From the NCBI GenBank assembly GCA_020137815.1, contig CM035350.1, positions 6,696,001-6,760,000 of the forward strand: a stretch of 64,000 nucleotides of DNA, read 5' to 3'. This DNA comes from Hormiphora californensis. Its lineage: Eukaryota > Animalia > Ctenophora. Within the stretch, counting starts at the first letter, position 1, and the number at the start of each line of letters is the position of its first letter. Position numbers and translations under genes: made by a program. Below, piece by piece: positions 39,016-63,244 of this stretch. Below the pieces are notes generated by a model. That model had not been told where the DNA came from and did not search any database. It worked only from the letters and a program-made list of their open reading frames with translations.

Positions 39016-41291
39016 CAGAGACAGAGACAGAGAAAGGGTACCTGTGACCAGGTTTAGCTGAATTAGCTTGGAATCCACTTGAGAATGGACCTGTAGAAAT
39101 TTTCCTGCTGGACTTGTTTTTCATCATCAGGGGAGAATGTGTGAGATTGTGAGAGGGAGAGAGTCAATTCTTCTATCTCTAGCAGGGTTCCATCAGCAAT
39201 TATTCAATTTCGGGTTCACGAAAGCAAAGGACGTGATTTTATTCCAATTTGGTTCTTTACTTTTTATTCTCACATTTGTTCGAAGTTTTAGATGACCCAA
39301 GAGATCTCATCAATTCCCAAACCTCCGCACCCCCCCCCCCCCCATTCCACATTACATTCACACTTCACATCTCCACCCCCTATTGGTTGAAAACGGGTCA
39401 CATTGAATGTCACATGACACCGTTTGAACCACTGACAGGAACTCTTAATGAAGCCATATCAATGGTAGTGTATAACAGAAAGACCCTCATTCAGATCATG
39501 GGAGCTTGAGCACCGCGGTGATTATCATCACCTCATTATCCTGTAGACCCCTCTTTCGTTACCATGGGAACAATGGTACGGTGCTCAAGCTCTTCATTTT
39601 GTTGTAGCCTCTATACCTGTCAAAGTAACCATGATGCACCATCCTACAACCAGGAGTACCTGTCAGGCCAATGCTCTGATAGAGGAGTACTAAAAGGAGG
39701 GAGAATGTAAAGACATATGTGCCAATAAAGATCGCCACTATGATGCAGTAGGGGAGACCTGTCAGGTCATTTCCCTGACAGGGGGAGACTGATCAGAGAA
39801 TACCAATAATACACTCTGGACAGCTATAATACCTTGTTGAGTAAGGGGTACTTACTTACTCAACAAATAATACCACCATCATGGATGCCAGACGTCAGGG
39901 AAAATTGAATATTCCACCTTTCTAATGGTCAAAAACTTAAAACATTTTACTCCTACAATTCAAAACTACGATTCAATACTTCTAGACCGGAATTTTAGCG
40001 ATACTAGTTGAGCTTTAATAACCACCATGGTGGTTTGGCAGAGACAGATCATTCCAGTAGAGAGATTCATTAATTCTTAACTCATGTCCAGTCTGAGACT
40101 GTGTCTCATTTCCCCGTCTGGGGGCAGAGCCCGTTTTGAGGAAATCAAAGCGCTCAGAATGGACAACGGTGCCTCCAACACTGATATAGACACATGCTCG
40201 AATATTTGAGGGATGAGTTTATTCACTATCAAAGACAAGAGTGTGATAAAAGTCTCATAAAGTATACTGTTGTACGAGAGCTATACTCTATACCACTAAA
40301 TGGTTTAGTATACTATTCTCAGTCATTCAAACCATTCAGTAGTAGAATTTAATCAAGGTGGAGAATTAAAACCGGACAACGGAAAGAGACATAGCCAAAT
40401 GTTAGAATTTACTTTATATAGCGGATCCATGATAGAACTACAACCAGAAAAAAAACTCAGCAGTGCAATTCAATGGGGGTATAACAGCTGTGAGTTGGAA
40501 GTGGGAGGCACAGACAACTGAAATGGGGGAATTGGGAAAACTTACCAATGATCCACCTTCGTAAAACTTTGCCAACGCTCCAACAGTGCCCTTCCGAACC
40601 AATTGGCCCTAAAAGAACAATGTACAGTTAGGATTTGTTGAGTTGATCAACAAATTAGGATTAGTGAGTACAATTGTAGGGTCATGTATATACAAACTAG
40701 CATCGTCTGAAATGTGTAGACACAATATATTTTAATTATACAACATTACAAGGGTCTAATGTCAGGCCAATATGCTCTGACAGAGGTTCTACGTGATCTA
40801 CCAGACCCTCACAGAGAGCATTATGAGCTATAACACAAGGTTCTACTGCTGTTGGAGAAAGAGATCCTAGAGAGAGCAATAAGACATGTGCAGAAGAACA
40901 AAGACAGACTGGTCAGTGAAGCAAGTGTAAGAGAGAGAATGTAGTATGAGCTAGGGAGAGAGAGTGAGGGAGAGAGAGCAGGGGAATTAGAATAACAAAT
41001 GCAGTGTTGGCTTGTTCAAGCTGCTAGGTGCACTCTCCAATGTGTGTGCTGCTGCAAGTGAGGGTTTCAATATAATTACCACCGACCAATAGTGTACCGA
41101 CCAAGATGACCAACAATAATTATAAAGTTGAACATAAAGATCAGAGAGGTTGAGAATGAGATGTATGAACTTTTCATTGTTCATTACATCTCGTTGACTA
41201 TGAGACTATGAGTATAATGAGTACAAATGTAACAGATTCAAATACCTACCCTGTTAATTTTCACTGATGGTTTGTTTTCTTGTTCAGCCAT
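34637..41291 (-). CDS. Putative multi-exon low-complexity acidic/charged protein, unknown function
   Basis: Phase-compatible exons 41291-41250 (MAEQENKPSVKINR), 40608-40546, ~36019-35402 (Glu-rich) and ~35028-34637 (KKDTDS and RDRKDE repeats; in-frame TGA at 34970-34972). Confidence 0.4.
37457..38216. mobile_element. Non-autonomous TIR element (~760 bp, ~200-bp TIRs), TA TSD
   Basis: taacgggtgacaactaaaaattgtccctaattt.. versus ..aaattagggacaatttttagttgtcacccgtta; mirrored pseudo-ORFs at 37454-37642 and 38031-38243. Confidence 0.88.
38217..39611. mobile_element. Foldback element (1.4-kb near-perfect palindrome, GAGG..CCTC ends, TA TSD) inserted in the terminal TA of the preceding element
   Basis: 38217-~38780 is the reverse complement of ~39044-39611. 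The centre holds (CT)n facing (GA)n/(GAGACA)n, flanked by cacaggtaccctttct / agaaagggtacctgtg. Confidence 0.85.
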
Positions 41292-42643
41292 ATTTCACAG
41301 TCACTTTTCACGCACACAACTATATTTAGGGGAAGGGAAAGAGACGGTCAGATATAATGGATTCATGGTCAAACTGGAGAGATATCTCCTCGCCAGTATC
41401 AAATGAATTCATCCTGAAAAATAGTCATGAAAGCATGAACATGGTACAGAATGGATACGATCATCAATATCATGGGAAACTGGACATGTCTAAATTGCCC
41501 GTAAGTGCTGCAACTACAAGTCATTATGTACTGCTTAGCACATGTCAGAGATATGGGAGTGTGATCTACAGCTACAATTTGAGGTATTGAAGGACGTGGG
41601 CGAAAGAGAAAGGGAGAGAGTGAGAGAGAGTGTGTGTGTGTGAGAGAGAGAAAGATTAGAGAGAGAGAGAGAGAAAGATCAGAGAGAGAGAGAGAGAGAG
41701 AGGGGGGGGGAGAGAGAGAGAGAGAGAATGAGGTAAAAGAGATGAGAGAGAGGAGAGAGAAGAGAGAGAGAGAGAGAGAGAAAGAGGCAGAATGAAAGAG
41801 ATCGAAAGGAGGACTCTAATCTGAGTATCGATCGACGACTTAGAGACGAGCTGATGTGATGTGAGGAGTTACTGGTGAGACGATCTTTGATGTGTGGAAA
41901 TAGCTGAGTCCTGGGCAGCGTTTCTCGTTGGCCCTTCAGACTCTCGGTACTAGGGAGATGAGAGAGATAGATGAACCCGAAGAGGAGAGAAAGATCAGAG
42001 AGAGGGCTATGTTTTACAAGGCAATGCTAACAGGGCCAGGGGCAGCAAATGAACCCGAAATAGCTGCTGCAACCGTTAAACCATCACATTACTGAACATG
42101 TTCAAGAGAGAGATAATGAGAGAGAGATAATGATCACATCTACTGCAATCATAACAACTAATATATATATCTGCTGACTTGTACAACTAATATGTTATCT
42201 TGCATTATATGTGGATGATTGTGGCACAATTATCAGTGAAGAGATATTCCATGGAGGCGCTGTAAGAGAGAATCATGTACAGAGATTCAGTAGAGAGGTT
42301 GAATGAAAAGCACAATTATAAGATGGTATCTGGGATGAAAGGGAAAGAATGAACGAGTGTGTGCGTGTAGCAGTGCATATAGGCATGATACAGTGTGCTC
42401 TAAAACCCCCCCCCCCCCCCCCCCGTTTACAAATGAGGGGGAGAGGGCATAGTGTTTAGACCGACTACTAAACATACACAAGTTTAGTTCAGAGCTTACA
42501 ACTACGGGGGACCCCGTAATTGTATAATTTAGAGGGTATCTGGCTGTATAATTGGTACCATGTTGCTACCTCTCTGCTTGAGCTTCGGAGCTCAATCTCG
42601 GTCGGTCGAGGTGTCAATGTCACCAAGCTGCCGAGGAGGAGTA

Positions 42644-44004
42644 GGGGAGCCACAGGTAATATGGGAAATTTGGTAAAATGGGAAATTGTTTTTTTGAAAA
42701 GATTGGCCATGTTACAGGCTCATAAATAGTTAATAACTCTTATTAGTGATCTTAGATTAGTTCTGAAACCGTTTATAGCCTTGATGGGAAGTGTTTAGAT
42801 GGTACACTAGCACCCTCGTCATCTTAAAATACGAAAAGTAAAAATTCAGGCCACTTTTTTCATTTGGTACACACGTCTCTGTTTCTTTGAGAAATTATCG
42901 ATTGGCTTAGTTTATGAGCAAGATATTTATTAGCGATACCTGAAGAGATCAGAGCATCAGAATGAACGTGTCTAATTATAATTAGCTAATTATAAAAACT
43001 CATGATTTTGGTATAATGGGATACTTTTATTTTACTGAAATGGGATACCCCATTTTACCAAATTTTCACTATCCCATTTTTCCAAAACATGTTTTTGAAA
43101 AATGGGATACTGAAATTTTGGCTGTTTAAACGGTCATTTTAAACGCAAACTTCTCAGTTACGATTATTAATATAGCCTATTTCGTTCATAACTCGAAAAA
43201 ACTTGTATTCTCTGAAAAGAATGCATCGAGTGACAACTGCAGAATACGACTACACGTGTGGATATAATTATTCAATTCTCATTAATCTAATCTTCTATTA
43301 TAGACACCAAAAGGTTTCTGGTATCCGTGTAGCTTTCTTAGTTTAGCAATTACTAAATATTATCCACATTTATGTGTTAACGATCAACTCTTTGGTCCCC
43401 AATTCTTTAGCAAATTTTAGAGAATTTCTAAATGTTGGACCTGTCTGAACTTAAATATACAGGTAGAACCCCGCTAGGAAATGAACCTATTCACGCTTTT
43501 ACCCCTCCTGTTGAACTTAGTAGTGTAAAATGAGGCTTTAGGGACCCGTTGGTGAAGAAATTAGGTAGCTTGTTCCTAACTTTTCATGATTTCACGGCTG
43601 CCGGCTATTATAGGGCCTTCAGACCATTTACTTATTATAAACAAAACTTAAATACCATTACGAACTAATTTAATCCAAGCAAAGTGCAACTTAAAGTTAC
43701 CATATTTTGAGGAAAATTAATTTTTATAAAATGGGATACCAATTTTTTGATAAAATGGGATATCCCATTTTCGTTAAAAATGGGTATCCCATTTCACCAA
43801 AATAAAATTCCACTGCAAATTTTCAAGGTAATATGGGATAGTGCCAGATCTCCGTTGTGGAGCATTCGTTGGGGTAATTTTGGTGGTTATGTGTTAGCCT
43901 GGTCCAAATAAGGCACACCTATGAAGACGGCGTGACTTTATTGTCATCTGAAAAAAATTTATGGCCAAAAGTTGTTAGGTATCCCATATTACCTGTGGCT
44001 CCCC
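42644..44004. mobile_element. Non-autonomous TIR element (1.36 kb), TA flanks
   Basis: ggggagccacaggtaatatggga / tcccatattacctgtggctcccc; internal repeated aaaatgggata(c/t) motifs. Confidence 0.85.
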
Positions 44005-44727
44005 TAACTCTCATCTTTGACGAAATTAGAGATATATGTAGAGAGAGAGAATTTGAAGGTTCAAAGATGAGAGTTATATTAGATTTACAAATTGAAAATC
44101 AAGATATACCAATTTGACAGTTTAATTAATTAGAAAATGTATAAACGTGGTATATATTTTGAAGGTGAGCGTGGTGATACAAAGATCATTAGATGAATAA
44201 AAAATAAGCTCGTTCTGTTTCACATATTATTGTCTATATTATATACCCTGCTAACTTAAATAATGCGCCAGTGGCGAGAAGTCCCACTGGCGCGCTCTCA
44301 ATAAACAGCTAGTCCAGCGGCAGATTATTTCCCACTGGCAGGTTATTTATTTTTAACTCCTATGCAAAATTCAAAGTGTGTGTAAATGATCAGTTCTTAC
44401 TAAAATACAAAGGGAACACTATGTGCAACACTTACACACTACATTGGAGAGAAAGAAAGGACACCTTCCGTCAATTACTCTCTCTTTATCTCCCCTTTTG
44501 TCTCACTATCTCTTCCTCTGTGTTATGTGTGACATGCCCCTTATCAGGCTATTTCTTTCACTCTCTTTCCTTAGCAACTGCTTAGTAACTGTTACCAAAC
44601 AGTGTACACTCAATTATGAGGTGTTTTTGACTGTTTCTCAGTTCTCTTTGTGTGTTTTGAGTAGTGTTCTCTCTCTTGTTAGTGTGTAATACTTGAAACA
44701 AACAACTAAAGCAGGGTATATAACCTA

Positions 44728-44911
44728 TAAACTCTTGTCACTGGCACGTTATAGGTTTAAACCCCTCCGCCTCTCCCTCGGCTACGCCTCGGGATCGTCG
44801 TCGTGATTTAAACCAGTTTATCCGCCAGTGGCGGATAAACTACAGCTAGCTTCTCCCAGCGGCGCGCTGGGAGAAAGCTATCTGAAATAACGTGCCACTG
44901 GCAAGAGTTTA
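44728..44911. repeat. Small inverted-repeat element
   Basis: taaactcttgtcactggcacgttat / ataacgtgccactggcaagagttta; related gccagtggcg motifs at 44265-44345. Confidence 0.6.
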
Positions 44912-44931
44912 TGCCTCATATATATCTCGAT

Positions 44932-49253
<4,322 letters not shown>

Positions 49254-50116
49254 TCTGTAAAATGGGTAAAGAGAAATGAGAAATTTGGGGAGGAGAGGGG
49301 AGACCTTATCAGCAGCTTTCTCGGGGCGGCGGCCTTCTCTAATTTCGGTTTCCTGCAGCCAGCAAACCCTTGAACGGAGTAGGAAACGTGATTAGGCCGG
49401 GGATAGCAAGATTATACCCAGTCAGAGCTGCCCCTCCGGCTTTAATTTGTCTAATAGGATTACTCTGTGTGTGTGTGAAGTTGAACCAGAAATATTATCA
49501 CGCTCCAGACAGCAGGAAACGTGTGACGTCACGACACGTACAAACCACACACTCTGACACAGGCTAGCGGCTAACTAGGATCCTATCAAACGGAGGATCG
49601 CGACGTGAGACCCTGAGACCCTGGCACTGACAGTTGGCACTGGCAGTGTTTGGCGCAAACCGCCCGAGGACACAATTGTGAAGTGCACGAGGGAAAATCG
49701 AAATGTGTGTTTCAGAAATCAAAGGACAAGTTTATTATAGGTAGGAAGGGAGAATTAAAAGAGGACTAAGAAAACACTGTCGCAGGTCTTTGAGTAGGCG
49801 ACAGCCTATTCGGATTTCTCTCTCTCCTCTCTTCTCTCTCTCTATCCCTCTCATCTCTCTTCCTCTGCGCTCCTCCTCTCTCTCTCTCGTACTCTCTATA
49901 TATCTCTCTCCTCTCTCTTTTTCTCTCTCTCTTCGTCCTTCTCTCTGTCTCTCACTCTCTCTCTCCCTCTCTCTCTCCTCTCTCTCCTCTCTATGCTCTC
50001 TCTCTCTTCTCTCTCTCTCTCTCTCTCTCTCTGCTCTCTCTCTCTCTATCATCTCCTCTCTCCTCACTCTCTCTCTCTCACTACTATACCTCACTCTTCT
50101 CTCTCGCTCTCTCTCC

Positions 50117-50148
<32 letters not shown>

Positions 50149-50566
50149 CTCTCACTCTCTCTCTATCTCTCTCTCTTTTTCTCACGACCACTCTCTTTGT
50201 TCCTCTCTAAGGTAAACACACGGCTGCAGGACACAAGACAAACATGAGCGCTCCATATAAGATGAACCTGATGTTACGCCAATACGACCACCAACGACCA
50301 GCGGAGAATTAGGATGAGAGAGAGAGAGGGATATAGAGAAAATAAGATATTTCTTGCAGGCGACCGGAGAAACGAAAAGAAGAAATAGAAATGAATGAAT
50401 AGATGAGCCGGGTTTTATTTGCAGCATACACAATTTAATTATTTGCGGTGTTCATACTTCGTCTGGCTATGGCATATGCAAAGCTATGCTCAGCGCTCTC
50501 CCATTCGGCCATTCTCCTGATTTATCTCTCTTGCTTTATTTCCCCTAACTTCCCTCCTCTTCTCTA

Positions 50567-50602
<36 letters not shown>

Positions 50603-51145
50603 AGAATGACTCGACACAACGATTTTCCCACATAAAAGTTTCAACTTTTCAAAACACCATGCAGCGCTGTTCAGCCATGTGTCCCACAGCTAATTCATGG
50701 GTCAATAAGAGAATTCACATGTGTCAAATAGAACATATGTCTTGTGACACATGGCCCTTATCTTCGAGTTGTTCCGGCCTCTCCTTGTTCAGGTAAATTG
50801 TTGAGAAACTGATAACGAAAATCTTACGGGGGTTCGCAAAAAATTAGACCAACAGTTGGATATATATTGAACAACATAAAACAAAGAAGTGTCTCTCGGC
50901 TCCTGTCTCATAATATACAAGTCTCTCTGACCTCTGTACAAGTCTCTAGAATTACTGGTTTGAAATAGCTGTTGTACGAGGACACCAAAATTCCAGGGAG
51001 CACTATTATCGAATCAAAACATGTGGGTGTCTCTCTCTCCCCTTTTTATCCTCTCTTCTTATTTGTCCTCTCTCGTCTCCTGCTGCACGTCATGCTGTTC
51101 GGTCAGCCGTCCTAACAAAGTTATGAGGGTTACTGGGGAGTGGGG

Positions 51146-51242
<97 letters not shown>

Positions 51243-52353
51243 CAGTGATAGAGACAGTGAGAGAGAGAGAGAGACAGAGAGAGAGACAGAGAGAGAAAAC
51301 AAATATTTGACACACCCTCATTTGACCAACTGATAACGCCCACAAGCATGACAAGGAATCTAATTCGGTTCGATAATTTCACGCTGCTGGCAACACCGCT
51401 GTATGATGCTGTAATCCTTGGTAATTCTTTGCCAACGACAATTACAATGTCTTCTAATTACATAACTATTACAATCATCTGATTTCTACTATAGACAGTT
51501 TTTCAAGCATCATGATCTGAATTCTAAGTTAGAATTTCTAACCCGTTCCAAGGGTGGTTCCTTTAGAACTGCACCAAGATGAGCCTGTTGAATTCTCTCA
51601 CCTGAACAGCGTTCCAGTAGCGGCTGTCCACAGTAACAAGTTACACGCGATAGCAGCTCCACCCATTACACACACACTCGCCAGACCCTCCTCCGGATCT
51701 CGGGGGTTTAGGAGGTAGTGGAGAGGGGAGGGAGAGAGCATAGAGAGCTGCTGACCCCTTCCATCTGCCAGTTAGAGGGGGAGGGGTGGTGGTCGAGTAG
51801 GATGCCGTTATCTTTGGCATTACATGGGGTAACCTGCGGGAGAGACGGAATAATATATTATGGAGAGTATAATTCAATTTTAAATATTGTGATTTCTTAA
51901 TATTCCGACAACGCGACGGCGTATATTGTGCAGGTAATAGGGCCGCGTCATGTTCTTTCCCGTTGCAGAAAAAAAACACCCGGGGCACATATGAATATGA
52001 AATTTATGAATTCACGGACGACTTACTGATTCGCGGCCTGTTCATCAGGAACAGCTATTGCCGGTGAAGTCTGGCTAGGTCGGGGGTTGAACAGCTCTGC
52101 CGCATCAAGCAATATCTCCTCTTGGGCAGGGGTAATCAGTTCCCCAAAGTGTTCCTTGTAGTGCGCCCGTAACTGACACTTCTAAAGTATAGAGGTAGTG
52201 TTTATAATGGTGGGGCAATAAACATAATGTGTCCCACACCAATTGGAGTCCAATTTGGACTACTAGGGAAATCCGGAAAATACTAACTCGTGTTGGGGAA
52301 ACGCGAAATTTGGCATTTGGATGTCCAAATGAACAGTTGGTCAATGGTCATAC

Positions 52354-53835
<1,482 letters not shown>

Positions 53836-54093
53836 CTGAAATAACACACGTGGTGGGGTAATTAATGGGATTGGAATGATTGAACGATCTCTGGGATTGA
53901 ATTGTGTTTCGATTATCAAGAAGTGTTTCTATAGAGGGCATTGTCCTCACTATAGGTGCATGCAGTGATCGATATAATGAACGAAGATAGAAAGGATTGA
54001 AAGGATGGAGGAGGAGGGATCAGAGAGAAGCTGGGTGATAGGTGATTGATTGAGATCGGGATTTAATTAATGCACACGTGTTACAGAATCTCT

Positions 54094-54169
<76 letters not shown>

Positions 54170-55642
54170 ACTTCTTTTCTGATTTCTCTCAATACAAGGT
54201 CAACCACTAACGGGCCACTAACAGGGCACGTGGCCCCGATGGTAAAAGTGTATCGATAGAGAGAGAGAGGGTGAGAGAGAGATAGAGAGAGAGGGGAGAG
54301 AGAAAGCGAGAGAAATAGAGAACCTATATCGGGGGGACATGTGCCACACGGAATACCGGTCACACATGCCCAGTGACTACCCCTAAATTATAGCACAGGG
54401 TACTAAAACACATGTATCAGTGTGTGTGGGGGACCTATCAGCTCGCCCTGAAAAACGATTATCGGCCATCATCACTGACACCCATGTGGACTCACTCACA
54501 CAATGGACCCTCAAGACAGGAATCGGGCACAAGAGCTATATAATGAGAAAATGATAGAGAGAGGATAGAGGGGAGATAGATGGGAGAGAGAAGGGAGAGA
54601 GAGAGGAGAAAGATAATAAGTGGATGGAGTGAAAGAAAAATGAAGATCGATTTGAGAGGGAAATAATAAGGAATAGATTATTGAAGAGCGTTTATTATTT
54701 AAAGGGTGTGGAGAGAGGCCCCCCGGATATTGCGGAATAAGAGTGGGAAATTAAACTTGTCAAAGCTAGGTGATGAGAGAGAGAGAGTCTATAATTGCCA
54801 ATTATTGCTTGACTAAGTGCACTTTGTCAAATACAGATATATATGGGAGCTAACACACAACTGCATATTTATTTAGAGTAGACAGGTATAATTACAGTAT
54901 TTAGATCTCTCCTTGTTAGGAGTGCCCTGGCTACTAAAAACTTAGGGTGAAGTTGGAGGGAAATTGGGGGAAAAGGAGTAAAGTGTGAGTGTTGATCGTC
55001 ATCGGAATAAGACATGCTATGATATTGACTCGCAAGAATCAGTCAGTTCTTGCCGTGCTAGTCGCAAGAACCCAATAATTCTTCTGTTGCCCAACAAGCC
55101 TATTTTTATACACTCGTTGGGCACTAAGCTGCACTAATTGGAAAACACCGCTTTGAATTGTGTAGACAAATGGGACTGGTCACCCAAATGACGCTGCATA
55201 GTTACAAAACCGAACTCTACATTAATTGGACACTCCGATCCCATCACTGCTGCACTAACCTGTGGTTTAGGTGGTGGATCAAGGCCAAGAAGGACGTTAG
55301 TCAACTGTTTTGCAGTGGGGTACGGTTCATCCTTGTGTAGTCGGTAGCTCTTGCTGCTACTACTGCTAGCACCAGTAGCTCCACTCATGATATAGCTGCA
55401 GGAGGAACTAAGCTAGGGTTATTGGATGGTAACTAAGTTACCCCTTCCTCGCCAGAGCGCAAAGGGGTTAACATAGGTGAGTGAGATGGAATTGCAGCCT
55501 GTGTCAGTATGGTAATACCAGTACTGATATATGATCTAACAAACAAGCTATAAACTGATTGCAGGATTGAAGGGGTGAAAAGGGACTGAAGTTGCATCTA
55601 GATGTGTGTGTTCTGAACCCAAGTTCCAAAGGATGAGATATA

Positions 55643-55726
55643 CAGTCGGACCCCTTGGGGGAAGATTATCATGCCGTTAAATCGGGGTGCCGTTAAATCG
55701 GGGTGCCGTTAAATTGGGGTCCGACT
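55643..55726. mobile_element. Tc1/mariner-type MITE (degenerate)
   Basis: cagtcggacccc..ggggtccgact; same family as 60629-60711. Confidence 0.7.
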
Positions 55727-56003
55727 AGTTAATTAGATACTCAAACTCCCAGCTATTTTACCACTGAAAAGTTCAGAAAGGTTTATGTCCTTGTGGTTAT
55801 GCGTAGAGACGGTTTACGCATGAGCAGCTTAGTAATAGTGGGTTTAGGTACGTAGTGCCAGCTGAGACGCAATTCAACTTGTGACAAACCAGCTAGTTTG
55901 TCAACAAAATTAGAATTAATGGAACGCTGATTGGTTATAGCTTAGTGCTGAAGTGGGGAAATTGGAAGCTGGAAGTGAAAATACAGCACCAAGGTAGGCT
56001 AAG

Positions 56004-56367
56004 GATACCCTAGAATGAGGTTAGATACCCTAGAATGAGGTTAGATACCCTAGAATGCGGTTAGATACCCTAGAATGAGGTTAGATACCCTAGAATGAGG
56101 TTAGATACCCTAGAATGAGGTTAGATACCCTAGAATGAGGTTAGATACCCTAGAATGAGGTTAGATACCCTAGAATGAGGTTAGATACCCTAGAATGAGG
56201 TTAGATACCCTAGAATGAGGTTAGATACCATATAGAATGAGGTTAGATACCCTAGAATGAGGTTAGATACCCTAGAATGAGGTTAGATACCCTAGAATGA
56301 GGTTAGATACCATAGAATGATGTTAGATACCCTAGAATGAGGTTAGATACCCTAGAATGAGGTTAGA
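56004..56367. repeat. 20-bp minisatellite (gataccctagaatgaggtta) x ~18
   Basis: Direct tandem copies with no unique spacers. Confidence 0.95.
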
Positions 56368-57181
56368 TTTATCAATTTTCTAGCCACGTGTAACATCAGC
56401 TCAAAATCAAATGTGATCAGGGGAGATGATCTTGGCCATACAGTGTCTAATATAATGTCTATCCGCTGTGATTAAAACAGAGTGATTAAAAAAGATAAAC
56501 GTTTAGGGTGTGAGGATATAGTCATTGACACGCGGGTGAAATGATGGTCATCATGAGTGAATTTCATGTCTGAAGAATTGAGTGATCCATAAATCTTGAT
56601 ATTAAATCATGCCCCATCATCATTGAATGTTTTAGGAATGAATGCGGATCAACCGACGGTAATTGTTCATAGACAGTGACTTGAAAAGCCCCCCAACTCT
56701 AATATGATAATCCCATAATTTGTTTCGAAGTTCGATTAAAAATAATGGTGATAGATGGTGATAGATGGAACCGGTCCACTACAGCTTACAAGCAGTTTGT
56801 TTGTAACTATGTATTTACCTGTTTTATTCGGACGATCCTCAAGGAAATTGCAAATATAAATCAAGTTCAGGAAGTGTTTTCAAGTTCAGAAAGTGTTTTC
56901 AAGTTCAGATATATCGAGACTGCACAGAATACCGGGGATTGGATTATGGGTTGTGTTAGGTGGAGGAGGAGGTGCTGCATCTCCAGCATCAGGTCACGTG
57001 ACATGGCGCCGCGTGGTCACGTGATCTTGTCAAACCACGTGCCAACAGAGAGCTATTAATCTCAATACTCAGTGATCAAGGACACTTGTTGAGAATAGAG
57101 AAGGGGAACGCGTTGCTACTGCTAGGAGCTGCATCCGTTTGTGCTATAATCACGAGGGAGAGAGAGTGAGAGAGAGTGTGT

Positions 57182-57213
<32 letters not shown>

Positions 57214-59305
57214 GGAAGGTGGAAGGGGAGAGAGAGAGAAAGAAAGGGGAGAGAGGAGTGAGAAGATGTTGACTATAATTGAGCGTAGATTTTAAACCTC
57301 CCACGCCCAAACAAATCCTTGCCAACGGGTCAAATTTGTACTAAGGTATTATCTGTCACTACCCCTTGAGCAGTGATCTCAGGAGTCATGACAAACCCCC
57401 CCCCCTCCGGGTTTTAAACAGCCCCTGAATGACCCCCCACCCCCTTGGGGGGGGGAGTAGGCCCTTTGACCCAAACACAAACCGTTCTTCTCTCTCGGAG
57501 AAATCGCGCAATTTGGGCGGCCGCCACGCGGTCCTTAAAAAGGTGACTCAGGTTTTTTTTTGAACGTTTTTTTTTTTTTTAAATTGGGGGCCGCTCATTA
57601 AGGAACTCTGGGAGGATTCAAGAAGTTTAAATTTCTTTTCTGGCTGGTAAGGTGTTAAAAATTTCCCCCCTTTTTTTAAAATTTTGGGACGGCCCCGCTT
57701 TTATTTTTTTCCCCATTTTTGGGGGAAATTCTCTTTTTTCTCCCTTTTTCTCTTTTTCTCCCTTCTCTCCCCTTTCTTTCTTTCTCTTTCCCCCTTCCTT
57801 CCCCCTCTTTTCATTAAAAAGGGGTTTTAACTTTTTTGTTTTGGAAGGGGAAGCCCAAATTTGAGGGAAAGGCGAGAAAAGTCGGGGGGGAGGGGGGGGA
57901 AGGAGAGGGCTTAAAGGGGAAAAGAATATAAAAAAGGGAAAGAAAAGGAAAAGGGGGGGGGGGGAAAAAAAAAAAAAAAAACCCCCGAAAAAAGGCACAT
58001 TTTCCTGAAGGGAAAATTCCTCGACCCTCATGCCAATTCCTCCGCTTTTCAGCTCCTCTTTTATCTCGGGGAAAACCCGATAGTAAAACCCTATTTAAAA
58101 TCTGCTGCAGTGCAGGTTGATTTCTCCCACCCAACAAAGTTCGGTCAACTTGAAGTAGAAAATGAGAAGCTAGAGAGAGGGGAGGATGGCTGATCATATA
58201 AAATTTTTATTCATTGATTTTCCCATATGTAAAATAAAGGGAGAGTTTGGCGGGGGAAGGGGTTAAAACATGATTCCTCAGTGACACTTTACCATACAAT
58301 CCTGCAGCTACTACATTGTCCGACAGATTTGGACCAACAGGGGCTTTGTGACTGAAGGTTTATCCGTGGGGGTTTAAAAGGGGGCCTGGAAACGATTGCC
58401 ATGGTTTTTATCGGGGAGGGAGAAGAGAGGGGGAGAGGAGAGAAAGAGGAAGAAGAGAGAAGGAGAGAAGGAGAAGAGATGGGAGAGAGAGGAGAAGAGG
58501 GGAACTACTATTCATAACACCATACAAACAATCATAGCCGACAAGAAGACGATCATTATCATCAGCTTCTATCTTTCACTCTCTCTCTTCTCTTTTTTTT
58601 CTTATTCTGTCGTTTTTTATCTTTTCCCCCTTCTTCCTCTCTTTCTATCTTTCTTCCCCACTATTTACCCCTCACTTATCTTTCCCTTTCTACCGAAATC
58701 TTTTTCGGATTTTTAACTAAACGGTTATGGGGGGTAAAGTCTCTCTCTTTTTCCTCTCTCTCAAACTTTTTTTTTTTAAAATTTCTTCGGGGGTTTTCAC
58801 AATGCCCAAAATGAAACAGTATTATAGAGGGAAAGATAGAGATTAGAGATAGAGAGAGGGATAGAGGGGAAAAGAGGGAGATAGTATTTATTTTTTAAAA
58901 AACCCAAAAAGGGGGTGGGGGTCGATTATTTGCTTTTGAGGACCCAACAAAGTTCCCTTTTAAAAATTTTAAATTTTTAAAACCCCCGAATCGTTCAGCG
59001 TTACAAAATTTCAGCCATGTATGGAGCGGTGTGGTTAAAACAGCGCAGTTTTACCATGTCAGCGGAACGAGAATATATTCTTATTATAGCTGGTATATTA
59101 TACAACACAGATGATAAATTATCAAATAAAAACTAAGAACTCCTGATCCTGTGTTCATCTATAAAGAAGTGGAACTGAACTTGCGATTTGAACTTGTTGA
59201 GTATATTTGGTTTATCGTCTGACAAAGCATCCCCGTTGGATAGATCTTGCCAGTGGACCATATTTTTCCTTGATCGACCACCCTCTCTCTCCCTTTTTCA
59301 ACAAG

Positions 59306-63244
<3,939 letters not shown>

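Noticed and set aside
50638-50657. Second SL-like sequence (gtttcaacttttcaaaacac)
   Set aside because: Only a short, gapped AT-rich similarity to the 5' half, and it lacks the conserved 3' end; probably chance.
56004-56367. CRISPR-like array (also considered for 8676-9371)
   Set aside because: Head-to-tail repeats with no unique spacers, no cas genes and a eukaryotic context.
57400-59000. Apparent ORFs and G/C/A/T run structure
   Set aside because: Homopolymer-inflated low-quality consensus (also ~53400-53760 and ~48800-49400); not interpretable.
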